Source of the DNA: Acidimicrobiia bacterium
GTDB taxonomy: Bacteria > Actinomycetota > Acidimicrobiia > IMCC26256 > PALSA-610
Direction: 5' to 3'
DNA length: 64,000 bases
Assembly: GCA_038202885.1 (NCBI GenBank)
Contig: JBBREP010000004.1
Span: forward strand, 15,528-79,527
Part shown: piece by piece, positions 57,898 to 64,000 of the stretch
Numbering within the stretch: the first letter of the stretch is position 1
Layout: the number at the start of each line of letters is the position of its first letter
Notes under the pieces: generated by a model
What the model was told of the DNA's origin: nothing
Seen by the model: the letters and a program-made list of their open reading frames with translations, nothing else
Database searches by the model: none
Program-made: the position numbers and the translations under genes

Positions 57898-60444
57898 GTG
57901 GCCCGAGGGCATCTTCGCATTTACCTCGGCGCCGCGCCGGGTGTGGGCAAGACTTTTGCGATGCTCAACGAAGGCCGTCGGCGTGCGAGCCGCGGCACCG
58001 ATGTTGCCGTCGCGTACATCGAAACGCACGGTCGCGCGAACACCGCAGCACAGATCGGCGATTTGCCGCTGATCCCGCGCCAGCGCGTGGAGTATCGCGG
58101 CCGCACCTTCGAGGAGCTCGACCTCGATGCGGTGCTCGCCCGCAAACCTGACGTCGTGCTCGTCGATGAACTCGCGCACACCAACGTTCCCGGTTGTCGC
58201 CACGAGAAGCGATGGCAGGACGTCGAGACGATGCGCGACGCCGGCATCAACGTCATTTCGACCGTCAACGTGCAACACCTCGAGTCGCTGCATGATGTGG
58301 TCGAGCAGATCACCGGTATTGATCAGCAGGAGACGATTCCTGACAGCGTCGTTCGGGGCGCCGATCAGGTCGAGCTGGTCGACCAGACCCCCGAGGCGTT
58401 GCGGCGCCGCATGGCGCACGGCAACATCTATGCCGCGGAGAAGGTCGACGCTGCGCTCGGGAACTATTTCCGCGTCGGCAACCTCACGGCGCTGCGCGAA
58501 CTTGCGTTGCTGTGGCTTGCCGACAAGGTCGATCTGTCGCTGCAGGACTACCGAGAGCGTCACGGCATCGCTGCGCCGTGGGAGACCAAGGAACGCGTCT
58601 TGGTCACCATCACGGGAGCGCCGGGGGGTGACGATCTCATTCGCCGCTCAGCTCGAATGGCCCGGCGCACGCGTGGCGAGCTCATCGGCGTCCATGTGGT
58701 GCGCAGCGACGGGTTGCGTGCCGGCTCGGAACGCGACGGTGCCGACACCATCACGCAGCGGCGTGTCCTGCTGGAAGAGGTAGGGGGACGATACGTCGAG
58801 GTGGTCGGCGCCGACATCGCCGACGCGCTCCTCCAGGTGGCGCGGGCCGAGAACGCGACGCAGATCGTGCTCGGTGCCAGCCGGAACTCGCGCTGGAGCG
58901 ATTTGTGGCGCGGTTCGGTGGTGCACCGGTTGGTGCGCAACGCCATGGGTCAACTCGACGTGCACGTCATCTCGGGTGAGGACCACCACGGCGAACCCCG
59001 CGGCGCGGCAACGTTCACCCGATCGAGCCGGCTGCAGTCGGTCAGCCCGACCCGGCGTGCCATCGCCCTCGCGCTCGCCGCCGCCGGTTTACCGCTATTC
59101 ACGGTGGCGCTCGTCGCGGCGCGCGACTCGATGGGGCTACAGAACACGCTGCTCTGTTACCTGCTCGCTGTGGTGGGGATTGCCACCGTCGGCGGTGTCG
59201 CTCCCGGACTGCTCGCGTCGGTCGTGGCGTTCTTGCTGCTCAACTTCTACTTCACACCGCCGCTGCACACGTTCACGATCGCGAACGGGCGCGATGGGTT
59301 TGCGTTGTTCGCCCTCCTGGTGATTGGTGGCGTTGTCAGCGTGCTCGTCGACCTCGCCGCTCGCCGGCGGGCCGAGGCCTATCGAGCACGCGCCGAAGCG
59401 CGCATGCTCGCGACGATGGCCGGGATCACCGCCGACGATCCCGATCCGCTCCCGCGACTCGTCGACCAACTCGGGTCGGCGTTCGGGCTCGCTGGCCTCG
59501 CGGTGATGGCGCCGCGCGGCGATAGGTGGGAGGTCGAAGCTGCTGCCGATGCGGCGGGGCTCATACGGCATCCCGACGAGGCGGACCACCGTGTGGCACT
59601 CGCCGACGGCGCGGTGCTCGTGTGGAGCGGCCGCAGCCTCACCGGTGAGGAACGTGAGGTGCTCGCGTCGTTCACGACGCAGGTGACGCTCGCCCGCCAC
59701 CGCCGCGTGCTGCAACGCGAAGCCGAGCAGGCGATGGCGCAGGCGAAGGCGAACGAATTGCGCAACGCGCTGCTCGCAGCGGTGAGCCACGACCTGCGTA
59801 CGCCCTTGGCGTCGATCCGGGCCGCGGCGACGAGTCTGTTGGCGCGCGACATCGAGTGGCAACCCGAGGCGCGCGAGGAATTGCTGCGGACCATTGATGA
59901 TGAAGCGGCTCGCCTCAACAATCTGGTCGGCAACTTGCTCGACATGAGCCGGCTCCGCACGGGCGAGGTTGCGACGAGACCTCAGGTGGTCGGCGCCGAC
60001 GAGGTTGTAGGCGCGGCGTTGGCGTCGTTGCGTGGCGCGACGCATGCTGTGGTGCTCGACGTGCCCGACGGTCTGCCGCCGCTCATCGTCGATCCGGCGT
60101 TGCTCGAGCGGGCGCTCGCGAATCTCGTCGACAACGCGCTGCGCTGCTCGCCGGACGGTGCCGCAGTGCGCGTGGAAGCTGGTGCGGTTGGCGACACGGT
60201 GCATGTGCGCGTGATCGATCGCGGCCCCGGTATTCCTGCCGCCGACCGCGATCGGGTCGTGCTGCCGTTCCAGCGCCTCGGTGATCAGCCTGGTGGTCTG
60301 GGTGTCGGTCTCGGGCTCGCGGTCGCGAAGGGATTCGTCGAGGCCGTCGGCGGCGAGTTGCGTATCGAAGACACACCGGGCGGTGGCGCGACCATGGTCG
60401 TCGTGCTGCCTACCGATGGTCACGCGGTCGCGATCGCGCCGTGA
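57898..60444 (+). CDS. kdpD: sensor histidine kinase KdpD
   Basis: N-terminal KdpD P-loop 'GAAPGVGKT', Usp, DUF4118, GAF, HisKA 'SHDLRTPL', HATPase. Confidence 0.9.
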   Translation: MARGHLRIYLGAAPGVGKTFAMLNEGRRRASRGTDVAVAYIETHGRANTAAQIGDLPLIPRQRVEYRGRTFEELDLDAVLARKPDVVLVDELAHTNVPGCRHEKRWQDVETMRDAGINVISTVNVQHLESLHDVVEQITGIDQQETIPDSVVRGADQVELVDQTPEALRRRMAHGNIYAAEKVDAALGNYFRVGNLTALRELALLWLADKVDLSLQDYRERHGIAAPWETKERVLVTITGAPGGDDLIRRSARMARRTRGELIGVHVVRSDGLRAGSERDGADTITQRRVLLEEVGGRYVEVVGADIADALLQVARAENATQIVLGASRNSRWSDLWRGSVVHRLVRNAMGQLDVHVISGEDHHGEPRGAATFTRSSRLQSVSPTRRAIALALAAAGLPLFTVALVAARDSMGLQNTLLCYLLAVVGIATVGGVAPGLLASVVAFLLLNFYFTPPLHTFTIANGRDGFALFALLVIGGVVSVLVDLAARRRAEAYRARAEARMLATMAGITADDPDPLPRLVDQLGSAFGLAGLAVMAPRGDRWEVEAAADAAGLIRHPDEADHRVALADGAVLVWSGRSLTGEEREVLASFTTQVTLARHRRVLQREAEQAMAQAKANELRNALLAAVSHDLRTPLASIRAAATSLLARDIEWQPEAREELLRTIDDEAARLNNLVGNLLDMSRLRTGEVATRPQVVGADEVVGAALASLRGATHAVVLDVPDGLPPLIVDPALLERALANLVDNALRCSPDGAAVRVEAGAVGDTVHVRVIDRGPGIPAADRDRVVLPFQRLGDQPGGLGVGLGLAVAKGFVEAVGGELRIEDTPGGGATMVVVLPTDGHAVAIAP

Positions 60445-60448
60445 GACG

Positions 60449-61144
60449 ATGGGCGCGATGACTCGCATTCTCGTGATCGACGACGAGGTGCGCTTCGCTC
60501 GTGCGCTGGGGATCAGTCTCGAGGCGCGCGGGTACGAGGTGGTCGTCGCGCCCACCGGAACCGAGGGTCTCGAGCACGCCGCTCGATCGCATCCTGATCT
60601 GGTGGTGCTCGACCTCGGACTTCCCGACCTCGACGGCGTCGATGTGCTCAGGGCGCTACGAGGCTGGACGAATGTTCCGGTCGTCGTGTTGTCCGCGCGC
60701 CACGAGGAACGGGCGAAGGTCGACGCGCTCGACCTCGGCGCCGACGACTACGTGACCAAACCGTTCGGCATGGACGAGTTACTCGCACGCGTGCGCGCCG
60801 CGCTACGGCGTGGGACTGATGCTGACGACGAGCCCACTGTGACGACAGAAGATTTCGTCGTCGACCTCGAGGCGAAGGTAGTGCGCCGTAGCGACGGCAC
60901 CGTCGTGAAGCTCACGCCTACGGAGTGGCACGTGCTCGAGGTGCTGGTGCGCAACGAGGGCAAGCTCGTCGGACAACGCCGACTGTTACAAGAAGTTTGG
61001 GGTCCGGGGTACGACACCCAGACCGAGTATCTGCGCGTGTATCTCGCCGCACTGCGGCGCAAGCTCGAACCCGAACCGTCGCGGCCGCGCTATTTCATGA
61101 CCGAGCCGGGAATGGGCTACCGCTTCCTCTCGAACGGCCTGTGA
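60449..61144 (+). CDS. kdpE: response regulator KdpE (OmpR family)
   Basis: Receiver 'ILVIDDE...DLVVLDLGLPDLDG', winged helix 'YLRVYLAALRRKLE'. Confidence 0.9.
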   Translation: MGAMTRILVIDDEVRFARALGISLEARGYEVVVAPTGTEGLEHAARSHPDLVVLDLGLPDLDGVDVLRALRGWTNVPVVVLSARHEERAKVDALDLGADDYVTKPFGMDELLARVRAALRRGTDADDEPTVTTEDFVVDLEAKVVRRSDGTVVKLTPTEWHVLEVLVRNEGKLVGQRRLLQEVWGPGYDTQTEYLRVYLAALRRKLEPEPSRPRYFMTEPGMGYRFLSNGL

Positions 61145-61244
61145 ACGTCGGGCGCTCGGATCCGGCGCCGGAGCATCCGGGCGCGGCGCGGCTTCGTTGC
61201 CGTCGCCATCGGCGAGACGCGTGGCGGTGACGACGTCATTGTCG

Positions 61245-61520
61245 TCACGACACGCTCATCGCTGGATGCTGCAGCTTCTCGGCACCCGGTTCGGCATTCG
61301 GGCACACCGCCACCGAAACCAACGGTTCGCTCAGCGCGACCCGGCAGTCGTGGTGCAGTTCGAGCCAGACCGCCTTCGGATGCACGGCGAGCAGACGTCC
61401 TCGGTACCGCATGCGCAGCGTGACGATCTCGACGTCGTCGCCCACGAGCTGATGCAGGCGGGCCATGAGCCGCGGCCCACAGAGCCTCGTCGGTGTCGTC
61501 GTTGCGGTCGTGGCGGACAT
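61245..61520 (-). CDS. hypothetical small protein
   Basis: 91 aa, ATG at 61520 after GGGAG. Convergent with kdpE, with a hairpin between them (~61218..61240). Confidence 0.4.
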   Translation of the reverse strand: MSATTATTTPTRLCGPRLMARLHQLVGDDVEIVTLRMRYRGRLLAVHPKAVWLELHHDCRVALSEPLVSVAVCPNAEPGAEKLQHPAMSVS

Positions 61521-61786
61521 CAGACTCCCTTGGCTCGGTGTGCTGACAGGGCCCAGTGTCGCGGGGGAGAATCTCCGGTCGGTCACGACAATGTGAACAG
61601 AGTGAGACAGACCTCTGGCGCCTACTTCGTCCGGCGCGGGCGAGCTTCCTGGGCACCCCAGCTCGCTCGTCTCTCGCTCGTGGGCTGCTTCGGTCGCCGC
61701 GCGTGCGCACGTGCCACGGACCGTTCTTGGGGCGTTCTTCCCCCTGTGAAGGGGAATTCGGGTACAAGAACCGGGCCTGGGCCGGT

Positions 61787-62641
61787 TCAGCGTGCCGCGA
61801 GGGGGCGGTGGAGCCAGCGGGGTAGGGAGGCGTCGGGGATCGTATGGACGGCCTCGAACGGTGCGCCCGGGACCACGTGGGTTTCCACGGATGTGGGCGA
61901 CTCGACCTCGGGCGGCCACGCCTCGGCGATGCCCACGATGGTGGTGATCGCGGCATAGCCGGCCTCAACGAGTCCCTGGTCGGAGTCGGGGGGCGGTGTG
62001 GCGCCGGTGGTCTGGAGCTCGAATTGCAAGCGGCCGTCGGCAGACTCCGCGATCGCCGCGCGCGCGGCACCGAACGCTGCGAGACGCGCCCAACGCACGC
62101 CGAGGACCTCGGCGTACTCGGTTCCGGGAACATTGAGGTTGATCACGGTGCGCGCCGGTGCGTCGGTGAAACGATCGAGAACCTCCACGGCAAGGCGCGC
62201 CGCGGTCGACCAGTGCCACCGACCCGTTCCGGCTTCGGACGCGATGCTCACGGCGAGGCCCGACACGCCGAAATTCTGACCGGTGAGCGCGGCGCCGACG
62301 GTGCCCGAATGCAGGATCGAGCGGCCCGTGTTGAGACCCGCGTTGATCCCTGAGACGATCAGTTCGGGTGGGGGACCGAACGCACCGAGACGCGCCGCGA
62401 CCACGCACATCCCCGGTGGACCGTCGAGCGCGTACGCAGCGCCGCCGAAGTCGTCGACCTCGACGCGGCGGGTATCGAGGCGCTGATCGGAGTGGATCAG
62501 GCCGAGCGCGGCACCGACACCGCTGCGATCGGAATTCGGCGCCACGATGACGGTGTCGTGCCCCGCGCCGGCGATTGCGCGCGCGAGCACATGGATCCCT
62601 TCGGATTCAATGCCGTCGTCATTCGTCACCAAGATCCGCAT
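61787..62641 (-). CDS. surE: 5'/3'-nucleotidase SurE
   Basis: 'MRILVTNDDGIESEGI...APNSDRSGVG' signature. Confidence 0.85.
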   Translation of the reverse strand: MRILVTNDDGIESEGIHVLARAIAGAGHDTVIVAPNSDRSGVGAALGLIHSDQRLDTRRVEVDDFGGAAYALDGPPGMCVVAARLGAFGPPPELIVSGINAGLNTGRSILHSGTVGAALTGQNFGVSGLAVSIASEAGTGRWHWSTAARLAVEVLDRFTDAPARTVINLNVPGTEYAEVLGVRWARLAAFGAARAAIAESADGRLQFELQTTGATPPPDSDQGLVEAGYAAITTIVGIAEAWPPEVESPTSVETHVVPGAPFEAVHTIPDASLPRWLHRPLAAR

Positions 62642-62934
62642 GTGCGTCGCCGCCTCTCGTCGTGCAGTCTCGCGCCGCGATCGCCCAGGCGTCTCGCGCC
62701 GCGCGCGCTCGCACCCGAGACGTCGCCCGACCGCTACCCGAAGTTGGCCTTGTCGTCACGGTGTCGACACGTCGATCGTGCACGATTTTGGTCATGGCCC
62801 TGCGCGGCGGCGCCGTCTCCCCCGCATCGCGTCGCTCCGCGGGGCCAGGGCCCGTCTCCCGTGGGGTCAGGCCGCGATCGAGACGTGACCGGGCCGAGAC
62901 CCCGGCGTGCTGAACTACGTGCTGAACTACCGGC

Positions 62935-64000
62935 ATGCCCGCACCGTCGACTCCGGGCGCGCTCGAGGGCATCAGGGTGATCGACCTGTCGCGGGTGCTC
63001 GCTGGGCCTCACGCGACAATGATCCTCGGCGATCTTGGTGCCGACGTCGTCAAGGTGGAGCGACCGGACGTCGGTGACGACACCCGCGGTTGGGGCCCGC
63101 CGTTTCATCACGGCACCAGCACGTACTTCCAGGCCGCGAACCGTAACAAGTCGTCGGTCACCGCCGATCTCTCGCAGGCGAGCGAACGGGCGCGCGTGGC
63201 CGAGTGGTTTGGCGACGCCGACGTGGTGGTCGAGAACTTCAAGCCGGGAACGATGGCGCGGTGGGGCATGGACCCAGCCGTGCTGGTCGAGCGCCATCCA
63301 CGTCTCGTCGTATGTTCGATCACCGGGTTCGGCTCGACGCCCGCAGCACGCGAGCTGCCCGGGTACGACCTGCTCGTGCAGGGTGCGAGCGGTCTGATGA
63401 GCATCACTGGAGACCCCGATGGGCCGCCGATGAAGGTGGGCGTCGCCGTGGTCGACGTGCTCTGTTCGTTGTATGTGACGATCGGCGTGCTCGCCGCGCT
63501 CACCGAACGAGCGAGCAGCGGTCGGGGCCAGCATCTCGAGGTGTCGCTGCTCGACACCGCGCTGGCGGCGCAGGTGAACCAGGTGAGTGGATACCTCCTT
63601 GGCGGCGTTGACCCAAGCCGTCTTGGCAATGATCATCCGTCGATCGTGCCGTACGGCGTGTATCCGGCGGCCGATGGCGACTTCATCCTCGCGTGCGGCA
63701 ACGACGGCCAGTTCGAGGCCGTCGCCCGCGTGTTGGGCAAGCCCGACCTTGCGATCGATCCGCGCTTTGCCGTGAACGGTGCTCGCGTCGCGCACCGCAA
63801 CGAACTCGATCTGATCCTGCGGGCTGGCTTCATTGCGCGGCCGCGTGACGCATGGATCGCGGCGTTGACCGCGGCAGGCGTGCCGGCGGGTGGCATCAAC
63901 TCTGTGGGTGAAGCGGTCGGGCTCGCGCAGCGCCTCGGGCTCGAACCAGTGGTCGAACTCGTTGACGGCGAAGGCGTCTTCCCGTCGATCCGTTCGCCGC
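62935..64000 (+). CDS. CoA-transferase family III (CaiB/BaiF), 3'-partial at the window end
   Basis: Manual translation: 'GIRVIDLSRVLAGPHATMILGDLGADVVKVERPDVGDDTRGWGPP'. The frame is open to the end of the window. The antisense ORF 62734..63795 is judged spurious. Confidence 0.85.
   Translation, partial: MPAPSTPGALEGIRVIDLSRVLAGPHATMILGDLGADVVKVERPDVGDDTRGWGPPFHHGTSTYFQAANRNKSSVTADLSQASERARVAEWFGDADVVVENFKPGTMARWGMDPAVLVERHPRLVVCSITGFGSTPAARELPGYDLLVQGASGLMSITGDPDGPPMKVGVAVVDVLCSLYVTIGVLAALTERASSGRGQHLEVSLLDTALAAQVNQVSGYLLGGVDPSRLGNDHPSIVPYGVYPAADGDFILACGNDGQFEAVARVLGKPDLAIDPRFAVNGARVAHRNELDLILRAGFIARPRDAWIAALTAAGVPAGGINSVGEAVGLAQRLGLEPVVELVDGEGVFPSIRSP

Overview
High-GC (~70%) chromosomal window that looks actinobacterial: F420/flavin LLM oxidoreductases, a WS/DGAT, an MmyB-type regulator, glnD plus a P-II gene, and a co-directional kdpFABCDE locus. 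Gene density is high. I support about 55 coding features. They fall into four groups. (i) Oxidative and lipid metabolism: P450, LLM oxidoreductases, amidohydrolases, SDRs, acyl-CoA ligases, a Rieske oxygenase, a thioesterase, an epoxide-hydrolase-like hydrolase, and a CoA-transferase. (ii) Transport and signalling: an ABC exporter pair, an MFS transporter, a GGDEF-EAL protein, Kdp with KdpDE, and a flotillin. (iii) Housekeeping: glnD, P-II, serC, surE, and a YchF-like GTPase. (iv) Remnants: a dinB little-finger fragment and a TnpB N-terminal fragment. The most notable candidate is a probable selenoprotein. A UGSC-family ORF is interrupted by an in-frame TGA sitting in a U-G-S-C motif, with a hairpin 11 nt downstream, and it is translationally coupled to a thioredoxin-like fusion gene and serC. 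I also see three families of short interspersed or tandem repeats. These are a 55-nt MIRU-like intercistronic element in 3 copies, a GC-rich 46-nt motif in tandem at one site with a single copy at another, and palindromes sharing TGATGCGTCGTTT arms that overlap gene stop codons. Other observations are a YchF paralog with degenerate G-motifs, an extra membrane micro-ORF overlapping kdpF together with a stand-alone KdpD-sensor paralog, and divergent glnD/glnK without amtB. No CRISPR array, rRNA or tRNA was recognised. Many long antisense ORFs in the track are GC artefacts. Coordinates of small elements may be off by 1-2 nt. All function calls are from motif recognition by eye, not database searches.
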